A stretch of 64,000 nt of DNA from the human T2T-CHM13v2.0 reference genome, Homo sapiens. Position 1 is the stretch's first letter; the number at the start of each line of letters is the position of its first letter. Of this stretch, positions 28,763-41,907 are shown one piece after another. The stretch lies in assembly GCF_009914755.1 (NCBI RefSeq), contig NC_060931.1; one strand, written 5' to 3'. Under the pieces are notes generated by a model. That model ran no database searches. It worked only from the letters and a program-made list of their open reading frames with translations, and was not told the origin of the DNA. The translations under genes were made by a program, and so were the position numbers.

Positions 28763-29124
28763 GTTTTGAGAGGTTCCTGCACTCAGCAGCCCCAAAGCTG
28801 CAGCTGCTTCAGAGAGACTTCCTGCAGAGTGACAGGCTCCCTTCTGAGGAAAACAGGAGTGAAAGCTGTTTTGGATCTCAGCACTACAGGGTGCTGCACA
28901 TGGCACCAGCTTTCAAAGTCCCTCTTATGCTCTTCAATGGGACAATGTCAGTTTAGTGAAATGTGACTAGGTAGAAAAGCACAGAAATATCATTTGCTTT
29001 TTGTCTACTACTCAGCACTTCAAGGGTTCTGTCATACTGCCTTTTTGAGAAAAAAAAATAAAATTGTTTAATCATATATTGTGAGCCCAAAGTGTTCAGA
29101 ATTCACAAGTAGACAAACATATCT

Positions 29125-29559
29125 GCAGAACTGGGTGAACAATGCCCCCAAAGATCTCCGCAACCTAATCCCTGGAATTTGTTAATATGCTTCCTTGCAT
29201 GACAAAAAGGCTGTTGCAGGCTTGATGAAATTATGGGCTTTGAGATGGGGAGATTATCCTGTATTATCCAGGTAGGCCAAAGTAATCAAAAGTGATCAAA
29301 ATCAGAAAAAGAAGATGTGACTATAGAACCAGAGGTTGAAGTGATGAACTTTGAAGATGAAGGAAGAGGCTATAAGCAAACATATGCAGGTGGCCTCTCA
29401 AAGCTGATAAAAGCTTTCATGCAGCCTCCAGATGAAAATGCAGGCCTGCCAACTCCCTGATATCAGCCTCTGAACATCAGAACTAAAGGAATATAATTTT
29501 TGTTGTTTAATGCTACTGTTTCTCGTAACTTGTTAGAGTAGCAATAGGAAACTGACACA
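29125..29559 (+). mobile_element. MaLR LTR MLT1C/D-like
   Basis: aatgcccccaaagatctcc...ctaatccctggaa...gagatggggagattatcctg...gcaataggaaactgacaca. Confidence 0.85.
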
Positions 29560-29760
29560 AGAACTAATCAGCATATACGGAGCTCCTAGGATGAATTTAG
29601 TTTTGTGACTGTTTAGGGATTTCATGATGGTAAAACTCAGGATAAAGTCAAAGTACTTCTAAAATCTCCAAAGACTCAAGAAGTCCCACAGCATTCTGAC
29701 TGCCACGAGCGAAAGGATACCTGGAATAGAGGCCAAAGCAGTCATCCTTAAAAATTAAAA

Positions 29761-31431
<1,671 letters not shown>

Positions 31432-31432
<1 letters not shown>

Positions 31433-32614
31433 GTATCCCTTCCTTACACCTTATACAAAATTAACTCAAGATGAATTAAAGACTTAAATGTAAGACCTAA
31501 AACCATAAAAACCCTAGAAGAAAACCTAGGCAATACCATTCAGGACATAGGCATGGGCAAAGACTTCATGACTAAAACACCAAAAGCAATGGCAACAAAA
31601 GCCAAAATTGATAAATGGGATCTAATTAAACTAAGAATCTTCTGCACAGCAAACGAAACTATCATCAGATTGAAGAGGCAACCTACAGAATGGGAGAAAA
31701 TATTTGCAGTCTATCCATCTGACAAAGGCTAATATCCAGAATCTACAAAGAACTTTAATTTATAAGAAAAAACAAACAACCCCATCAAAAAGTGGGCAAA
31801 TGATATGAACAGATACTTCTCAAAAGAAGACATTTATGTGGCCAAGAAACAATTGAAAAAAAGCTCATCATCACTGGCCATTAGAGAAATGCAAATCAAA
31901 ACCACAATGAGATACCATCTTGTGCCAGTTAGAATGGTGATCATTAAAAAGTCAAGAAGCAACAGATGCTGGAGAGGATGTGGAGAAATAGGAGTGCTTT
32001 TACACAGTTGGTGGGAGTGATTAGTTCAACCACTGTGGAAGACAGTGTGGCAATTCCTCAAGGATCTAGAACTAGAAATACCATTTGGCCCAGCAATCCC
32101 ATTGCTGGGTATATACCCAAAGGATTGTAAATAATTCTACTATAAAGACACAGGCATACATATGTTTATTGCATCACTGTTCACAATAGCAAAGACTTGG
32201 AACCAACCCAAATGTCCATCAATGATAGACTGGATTAAGAAAATGTGGCACATATACACCATGGAATACTATGCAGCCATAAAAAGGATGAGTTCATGTC
32301 CTTTGCAGGCACATGGATGAAGCTGGAAACCATCATTCTCAGCAAGCTAACACAAGAACAGAAAACCAAACACCACATGTTCTCACTCATAAGTGGGAGT
32401 GGAACAATGAGAACACATGGACATGGTGGTGGGGGACATCACACACCATGGCCTCTCACTGGGGGTGGGGCTGGGGGAGGGATAGCATTAGGAGAAATAC
32501 CTAATGTAGATGACGGGTTGATGGGTGCAGCAAACCACAATGGCATGTGTATACCTATGTAACAAACCTGCATGTTCTGCACATGTGCCCTAGAACTTAA
32601 AGCTAAAAAAAAAA
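31432..32614 (+). mobile_element. Sense 3' segment of the same L1PA6/7 (ORF2 end, 3'UTR, poly(A))
   Basis: atcccttccttacaccttatacaaaa through gaaatacctaatgtagatgacgggttgatgggtgcagcaaacc...agaacttaaag plus an A tail; G-rich tract at 32461-32481. Confidence 0.96.
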
Positions 32615-32749
32615 TTTTTTTTAAGTCATTCTAGAATCCATCCCTTCTTTAGGTCATGTTACTACTTGAAAAGTCTTTGGCCCAGTAGATTAGTCTTTAA
32701 AACATTGATATCAAAACATGTTAATAATTTGTTTCCAACCTATTTCTTC

Positions 32750-33136
32750 AGCCCCATGTCCTCCTCTAGCATCCTGCATGACAGATGCATCCCTGGAAAA
32801 AACATACCAATGCTGGAGCCACTGATTAGAATGACTTACCTGGCAAATGTCTGCTCTTCCTTCCAGAAGTCCAGAGTAAGCATTAACTTTGTAAACAGCC
32901 TTTCCTAACTTTCCACGTCCCTTCCTTAACAGCCTAAATACTTTGCTGAATAAAATATTATTACACTATCAATGTTGTAGTGTAATTTCTATTATGACAT
33001 AATCTATCTTTTTAAAAATCTTCCTATCCCTGCTTGATTATGGTTTTATAAAGAATGAAAAGAGCAAACTTATTAACTGCCTGATCCTTAATACTTAAGT
33101 TTTGGCACTTAAAAAATGAATGAATGAATGAATGAA
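32750..33136 (+). mobile_element. L2 3' end with (TGAA)n tail
   Basis: cctggcaaatgtctgctcttccttc...; ends aatgaatgaatgaatgaatgaa. Confidence 0.5.
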
Positions 33137-33184
33137 CAAATCCAAGAGTATAGGTTTTAATGAGTTCAATTTGTGTGCATGCCA

Positions 33185-33296
33185 ACAGGTTTTCTATGGC
33201 AAAAATACCTGACCCCTGACATGACTCTCATAGCTCTGTGACAGGTTTTCCATGGCAAAAATACCTGATCCCTGACATGGCTCTCAGAGCTCTATG
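33185..33296. repeat. 56-bp tandem duplication (2 copies, 51/56 identical)
   Basis: acaggttttcYatggcaaaaatacctgaYccctgacatgRctctcaKagctctRtg at 33185-33240 and 33241-33296. Confidence 0.95.
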
Positions 33297-33790
33297 TAAC
33301 CTGTCTCCAACTTCTTCTGCCTTTCCTCTACTCAATTGCCTTGCTTCCCAGCTCTGCTAACCATCTTTCAATTACTCAAAATAAAAATTCTTTTTTGTTG
33401 TTTTAGGAATTCTGCAAATGCCTCTGTTCATTATTCAAATCACATCAACTAAATCCACTTCTACTTCTCATCACACACTTTGCTTTGATAGCTTCTTCCT
33501 ATCCAATAAGTCTCACATTAAATTACAATTTTCTTAAAGGCCTATTGTGACCAACCAATCTAAAGTAGATAGCTATTATTACACTCTCTCACAGCTCATA
33601 TTCTTTTCCTATGTATAACAACTTGTAATTATAAGCACACGTGTTTAGTTGTTAAATTTAGGTCTCTCCCTCAGAAATGAAGTTCAATGAAGACAGACAT
33701 GTCAGTTTTCTTCCCCATTATTGTACTATCTACATGGCAAAATTTGCACACAATGTCAGGGCTCAAAAATATTTGTTCAATTATTGACTA
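33255..33790 (+). mobile_element. L2a 3' fragment
   Basis: ttaaaggcctattgtgaccaaccaatctaaagtag...gaagttcaatgaagacagac...gggctcaaaaatatttgtt. Confidence 0.65.
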
Positions 33791-34610
33791 GATGAAGGAT
33801 ACATGCATGAAAGAAAATATAAATGACTTAATAGCAAAAGTTTCCCAAGCAGAGATGGATACTTTGCCATACTTTGTTGACATGAAGAGAATCAGCTATA
33901 TGTAGACAAATTGATGAATACAAATCTATCAATTTGTTTGTAAAAAAAAAAAAAGTGTATAAATCAGCCCATTTTAATCCCAGGTTACAATAATACTTGC
34001 TAGATATTATGGTATACAGGTACCAATTTAAGTAGTAATTATAGCTGAGTAGATTAGGTTAGTGTGTACACATTCCATACAAACATCAAAGTCTTTGTTC
34101 AAGAAAATAAAATGAAGTACATTTGACACTAGATTGCCCTCATGTCTCAACAGTAAATATTGTTTCTGATCTTAAAAGTTGTTTTATGCCCACAGATTCA
34201 GAATTAGTTATTGTTGTTTCCTACTTTGCACTTAAATGCGTTTTCAAGTGATAATAGAATTTGTACAAATTTCTTCATTCACAATTTGTTTTGCTTCATT
34301 CACAATTGTGTTATTTCTTTCTTATTATAAACAACTATATAGTACCGTATCAACATGTTAAGTTTCAACTTTCTGAAAGCTGTGAATTCCATAGTCTCGA
34401 GAACAATGGCTCTGTCTATTGCAATCACCAGGAAAAACAGCATAATTTTATCAGGCACAACTAATTATTTTAGAATGTTTTTAGACAGTGATAATGTTAA
34501 TTGTGACTCGTACTAAGATCATCTCCAAGTTCTTAAAATAATTGATTAATCTCTTGTTTTCAAGACTCCTTAAATTTCTGTTGTTTTCTGGGGCTAAGAG
34601 ACTAAGAAGC

Positions 34611-34885
34611 ATATATATATATATATATATATGAGAAATATATATATATGAGAAATATATATATATGAGAAATATATATATGAGAAATATATATATGAGA
34701 TATATATATGAGAAACATATGAGAAACATATATATATGAGAAACATATATATGAGAAACATATATATGAGAAACATATATATATGAGAAACATATATATG
34801 AGAAACATATATATGAGAAACATATATATATGAGAAACATATATATGAGAAACATATATATGAGAAGCATATATATATGCTTCTC
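34611..34885. repeat. AT-rich minisatellite, about 16 units of (AT)nGAGAAAY, ending in a 24-bp palindrome
   Basis: Read directly from the sequence; it explains the repetitive ORFs at 34481-34870. Confidence 0.95.
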
Positions 34886-35861
34886 TTACACAGTGTTTAA
34901 TAGTAGTAGTGATAAAACATATATATATATGTCAAGAGAGAGAAAATCATAACATTTGACTTGTTTTTTATAGTTTTGTTCTCAATGCACATTAGTATTC
35001 ATTCTTACTTGAGGTTCAGAAAAACATTAAGGTTTTTGTCTCTTCTTATCCTTGTTCCATTAGTTATCAATATAAACATCCTTACCATGTTGTATTATAA
35101 TAAAACTTTATCAATATTGTTCATAGTTATCTGTATCCATATGTTTTTTCCCACACTAGCAAGGATTCTAATTTATTCATCTTGGTATAAAAAAATCTCT
35201 ACAGTGCATGTTATACAAAAGGCCTTAATAATATTTGCTAAATTGAGCAGACTGGAGTAGGAATTGTAGTTATTAACAAACTTTTGAAATTAGAATCCTA
35301 GGCTAAGTTTATAATCCATTTACAAGATTCAAAATGATGGCTAACAAAATCAGGACTAGAAGTTACCTAGCTGATACTTTGAGCAAAGCTTTTTCCACTA
35401 AATAGTATATCTGAATGTCTTGTGACATAAATTCATATGTTTATATATCTCTAGGAATTAGAATTATCCCTAAAAATTAGAAAACGAAGGAAGCAAATGA
35501 CTTCAATTCAAAATAATATAATATGTAGGTGCATAAAATATTAATTATCACTTTAAATAGTAGTTAGCTTTGAGTTACTACAGTTGTTAAACCATGGGCT
35601 AGACAGCTTTTCAATAATGATATTAGAGGGAGGACTCAAACATGAGACGGTTGGGCTAGATAATATTTGAATTTCATTCCAATAGGTAAAGTCCACGACT
35701 CTATTTTTTCAGACTTGTACTTCTAATGAAAAAAAGTAGCCCTTTATATTTTACCTACATACCTTTTATGATCAATTAAAAATTAATTAATAGAAATATA
35801 TATATTCTAATCAAGTAGATTGGGTTCTAATTCTGTTATTGTTTGACTTGGGGAATTTAAT

Positions 35862-36098
35862 GACAGCACAGCAAAATAGTTAAGAGTGTGAGATCTGGAG
35901 TTATCCCTGCTGAATTTGAGTACTGATCTTCATTTTTGTATCCTAGGCACATAACCTCTATAAGAATCAATTGCCTCATCTGTAAGTTTGATATGATGCC
36001 ACGTGAGGATGCTCTCAGGAGTAAATAAAATAATAGCTATAACATGCTTAGCAGAGTGTTTGGCCTGGCATATAATAAAGTCTCAATATATGCCATTT
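35862..36098 (+). mobile_element. MIR, near full length
   Basis: gttaagagtgtgagatctggag...cctcatctgtaa...tgcttagcagagtg...ataataaagtctcaata. Confidence 0.75.
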
Positions 36099-37392
36099 AT
36101 CCTTCCCATCCTGGTTCCCCAGAAGTAAAATTGAAATTGTACTAGATCAGAAATATCACATAAGAGTAAGAGTACCACCCCTCTCACACTTATACAAAAC
36201 ATTTCCAAGCAACTGCGGCACAGAATCCTGAAGAGTCAGCCTTGTTTTCAGGATCCTTCTTAACACACCCTTCTAAACAATCACCATCAGTTAATCAAAA
36301 TTGGCAGAGAAATTAAAGCCTACTTGTGCTGTCTGGACTTGATGGCACTAAGATTACTTGTGATGTTCTAGAACATGGTAGAAACTATAATAATAAAACA
36401 GGGTCATAGTATTGTAGATACGATGCTATTATTTAGCTTAAAAAATTTAAAATATAGTAAATACACACCCATGCACTCATCCACAGTACGTTATAAAGAA
36501 TAGAATCCTATCCATTGTCCATGTTAAAAAAAAGAAACACTTGCCCCTCTTCACTATTCTCATCTTACTGAAGTCATGGTGAGAGTATTTCTGGAAAGAG
36601 TGGCTGTTGGTAGAATGAGAAAGAAAAACTGCAAGCATATAGCACCAATTCCACCACATTCACAGTATGTATATCTTACTATCATGTAGCATCAGATGCA
36701 TAGTGTGAATAGCTATTTTGGGTCACAACAATATAGCCTGAGAATTGAATACATTTTTTAAGTTAGGCATGATTTGATTGTATTTGGCATAGAAGATTTA
36801 GAATGTGACAAAAAGTAAATTAATCTTAATGTAATATATCTCGCTTTTATCATCAACAATCTTTATTATTCTAATTATGGAAATCTGTTGGTGAACAATG
36901 GGCACAAACAGAATAAAAAGATTGGATGGTTTTTATTTAAGTTGCAATTGCTAACAACTCATACACAGTTAACATTTCAAATGAAAGGGCAAACAGTGTT
37001 CATGACTAAAATTAATGGAAACAGATGAGAATAATCTGTTCTCTTAATTTCTCTTATTGAAGCTCAGCTACACCTTACTGTCCTCCTGATGGTTGGCTAT
37101 CAATCATTTGAGTCATGCATCTCTTTCATACAGATGACAGTCAAGCACCAGATACACTGGATGTGGGAATGTAGAAAATCTGATATTTCAAGTTGACCAT
37201 CCAGATAGATTATCAAAGTTTTGTAATTGCATTTTGTAATTGTATTTTGTAATTGTCTTCTGTGGGTTTAATCTGCTATTTTTAATAGAGAAAATTATGA
37301 GAGATTAAATTTTCCATCTTCCTACTCTAGCACTTTTAATGCTACAAAAACATTTTAGAGACTGTAATGATTGTTCAATTTTCTGTCTTTAG

Positions 37393-37536
37393 GTACAACT
37401 TGTTAAGTACTTGAATCATCTGCCCAAAATTTATAAACAACATATAAGAAGCACTTTAACAAAGACGTTTGATGAACAAGTTGTTTTGGATTGGTTTACT
37501 TTTAATCACTTCATAGGAAATCCTAATGTTTCCCAG
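37393..37536 (+). other. Candidate internal exon (144 nt, phase 0-0, open frame of 48 codons)
   Basis: Acceptor caattttctgtctttag|G and donor CAG|gtgagt. It translates without a stop as VQLVKYLNHLPKIYKQHIRSTLTKTFDEQVVLDWFTFNHFIGNPNVSQ. The flanks are unique DNA; I do not recognise the product. Confidence 0.45.
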
Positions 37537-37706
37537 GTGAGTATTAGCAGGATTCTAAGAAATCATAAAAAGTTTTTCACAAAATAATAATTCATTTGGA
37601 TTTATATTTGCAAATGTGATAGGTTTGCCTACCTATACAAGCACTAATGATGTAAGGGAAGGTATATAACAAAGACCTGAAATGAACATACATTTCACAA
37701 GTTTTA

Positions 37707-38071
<365 letters not shown>

Positions 38072-41000
38072 AAATAGGAACAGTGGGAAGGAAAAATATC
38101 AAGAATCAAATACTTATTCTGAAATACAAAACAAAATTTATTTGCCTTTCTCCAAATTTTAAATGCTATCCTTTAAGAATGTTCCAAAATCAATCAGTTC
38201 TCAACTGTACAGTAGTTGTTAATATATCATTAGTTAAATGGGATATAAAATAAACAACAAATATACAAATATTGTTCTGCAAAAATATGTTGTAATTTGT
38301 TTTTGTTGTATTTATTTAGGAATAAATATTTTCTTCTAGAATAGCTGAATGTAGCCTAAAATACAACTTTATAGACATTCAAACTGTATTAAATTGCCAA
38401 TTTTGAACCTTCTGTTCTTTAGAAATGGCAAATTCGTATTATTACATATAATATTTTTTAACAGAAAATACTTTTAAATAAAAACCTTTAAATTATACTA
38501 AATAGTTGCCATATTGGACTTAAACTACCTAAAAATACTAGTTTTATCTAGTTTTCATAGGGATATTTATATCAGAAAGGATATTTAAAGGAAAAGAATA
38601 CCTTTAAGATTTTCAAAAAACAGTTGACAGGTGGAGTAAATTAGCCTGGAAGAGTGCCTGGTCTAGAGTCAACACCGCAATAAAACTATGAAATCTATTA
38701 AATACAAACAAGGCATTTTCTAAAAATATAATTTTTAATTAAGAAAAATTCAGACAGTACGTATGCGAACTATAAACATTTCATACTTGCCCACAAATGT
38801 TACAGTCCCTCTAAATATTAATTGATTCACTTATTTCTAATTATAACTTAATACGTAGTATTTACATAAGAAAGAGTAGAGAGCATTTCACAAGCTTAAA
38901 ACATAATATAATACCTGCTTTTTCATAGGCATAACTTTCTTACTCAGATGTATTTCCCAAAAAAAAGTGGTTTTAAATAAGACATATAATCAAATCTATA
39001 AAAGATAAAATGTTTTCATTACACTTGAAACATACTGGATAATAGAACATTGAATGTTTCTCTCTCACAATCCATATTGTTCCTTTTATACGTGAATCCT
39101 TTTATAATGCAAAAGAGAAGAAAAAAGCTAAATTTCAGCAAATGAAAAAGAAACATGCAAAATAAGAGTAGGTACAGAAGTTTCTAGTCTGGAGGTCAGA
39201 TCCAGGCATCATTATGTTGAAATTGATGTGGTCACACCCCCAGTGGTGATAGAAAAACATTTCACCTCAGGAACTATTTGAGATAAAGAGCAAATGAAGT
39301 TTACACAGTGTTTAATCGGAGTAGTGATAAGAGGTAGGAAGTAATGACACCCTGAAGTCGCAGCCTCAGGGAAATGGTTGACAAGAGTAATTTACCTAAC
39401 ACTTTGGAACCTCTAAAGTCTCTATCTAATAATTATCTCCCTGCCTCCCTAACCTTCATTTATCCACTCTCTTTTCATTCATTCTCTTCAATTCTTGGAG
39501 TGTGCTTCCACAGTTTGTTCCCTGACTTCTTAATTTGTCTGAGTCCGTCTCATAGAGTTTGCCCCCACTCCATACACACACACACATGAATGCCAAATTT
39601 ATATTTTCTTTCCTTTTCTTTCTTATTGTGTCTATAGACTTCTTCTTAAGAAACTATATTATGAAACTCAAGTAAAATATTTAATATTTATTGGGCTTTT
39701 AGAATAAGACTTTATTTTTATTATAAAATTCAGATGAATAAAATATCACCTGTTTTTTAAAAATCTCTAACTAAATTAACTTACCTTTGACTTTTATTCA
39801 GCTACCATTATAAATGTAGTGACAAGAAATAGGAAAAAATTCTCTATTTTAATTTATACTTAGCAAAATATATGTTGGCACAATTAAACCTCATGGCAAG
39901 AATGAGGACCTGGAAACTTTGTCAGTTTTAAATCCCTTTCTATGTAATTTACTCACAAAATTTTGATTTAATCTTTGGCCTCACAGAAATAAATTAGGTA
40001 CAAAAAACAGGTGTAGCTGGTGTTGTGTTAAATCAGTCAAATTCATTTTTTTCTTTTTCCACTAATGATACTTCCCATTGTTCTTAGTACAAACGTATGA
40101 CTTCAAACAGCATGTATCAAAAGTCAATCAAGCATTTTATACATTTATATTAGCAGCAAATCATTAAGAACACCCAGCATCTAAAATTAGAAAAGTATTC
40201 TGGAGCAAGGCATTTCCTCCCTTGGCACTATCAAAAGCTCTTCTCAGAGGTAAATATTTTGTTCACACAACAGACATCAGCTGATTGTATAACCCCAGTA
40301 GGCCATAAAATGACCTTATTAATTGAAATGCATTGTAAATAATAGCAGGGATTTCACACAGCAAAGGCTGTACGCGAAACAAATTAAAAAAAACACACCA
40401 AATCTGGAGAAACTGGTTATGTGTGATGGCCAATAATACATTTATTTATTAATATATATTATAGTCTATTAATATACATAATGCAATATAATTACAGTAT
40501 ATATTGTAACAATATATCTCATTGTTCTGATATGCATGCACATTTGATGGGTGAATGTGATCAATTATTGAACTCAGAAATTAGTTAAGACTGCAAGTAA
40601 AAATACTTCTAAAAGATGGAATTTTCCTCCAATCTCAGAACACTTGGGAAAAGTCACTTTGTCATCATGACATGAACAAAACATGTCAAAATAAAAAGCT
40701 CTATTTTGTTTATCTATCTAAAAAAAAATCACCCTCTTGCATGTACAGCTGTTTACACATATATGCATGTCTGCATGTTCTTTGGGGGAAGAGGGCCTGT
40801 ACCTTGTTTTTGTCCCTTAACCATTTATATCTGGATGCCTGGGAACCCCTAATTCGTTCACATAAATCTATTTTGTTCTTTGTAAGGGCTCTATATTAGT
40901 CCATGCCTATTGTGGATGTAACATAATTATTTAGCCTGCCAAATATTGTAGTCATTATGTTATTTCTGTAATTATGTGATTATAAACAACACTGCAAGAA

Positions 41001-41429
41001 ATGTTCTTGTATATAAGTCAACTCAGACATATGTTAGTTTATTAGTAACAGTCCTACATGAAAAGAAAGATATAGCTCTTTTCATAGATTTTATCAAAAT
41101 GTCCCTCAACAAAAAATATATAAAAAGGCATGTTCTGAAACCTCACTGACAATTTTTGTCAAACATTTTTGATGTCTACTAAGTATTTAGGTAAATATAT
41201 TATGCCTCATTATTTTAATTTAAATTTTTCCAAGTAAATTGAACATCTTTTCACATGTTGTCTTTTTATGTCTATTCTTTGCCTACTTTTCTATGGGTTA
41301 TTAAATTTTTTTGAATTTTCTAATTAGTCCTCTTCATATTTTAAACAATTGAGCATTTGGTCTTGCACACATATTGAAAATACTTTTCTATAATGTGATT
41401 TGTCTTTTAACTCTGTTAAGTATTTTTTC

Positions 41430-41720
41430 AACTGTATTGAAGCATAATTTAAATACAATAAAATAAACCAGTTTTAAGTGCAAAATTTGAGGTTTTATAA
41501 CACATGACATAAAATTATTTCTGTCACTCAGACTGTCCTCATTCCCACTTCAAATCATTTCTTCCCTATTCACCTTCCCAAGCAATTATAGATCAAATTT
41601 TCATAACTATAAATTAGGTTTTTCTTTAATTGTATTTATTTATATTATTTTTATTTTATTTTTATATACTTATTTCTGTAACAATAGATTAGTTTTGTGT
41701 TCTAAAATGTTACACAGATC
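41430..41720 (-). mobile_element. 3' tip of an old L1M (MB/ME) element that resumes at about 51550
   Basis: ctgtattgaagcataatttaaatacaataaaataaacc...agattagttttgtgttctaaaa. The next consensus words (catagtatgtactctttt) occur at 51555. Confidence 0.7.
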
Positions 41721-41907
41721 TGTCCCTAACCTTTACCTCCGGACTCTTATGGTGGGAAAAAAGAGGCTTTGAGACTTCACTGCCTAACAGCAGTGTTCTG
41801 GAACTCCATGCTGTCAATAAGGTAGTAGACAAATTAATTTGTGAGGGACTGGCTTCTTCACCTTATACTTTAGCATAAAAATTGATAAAGCAAGTTTTTA
41901 AAAATTT

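Noticed and set aside
33906-33937. 10-bp inverted repeat acaaattgat...atcaatttgt
   Set aside because: Short AT-rich stem that is expected by chance in 64 kb.
34481-34870. Repetitive ORFs (MFLIYMFLIY...)
   Set aside because: Translation artefact of the AT-rich minisatellite.
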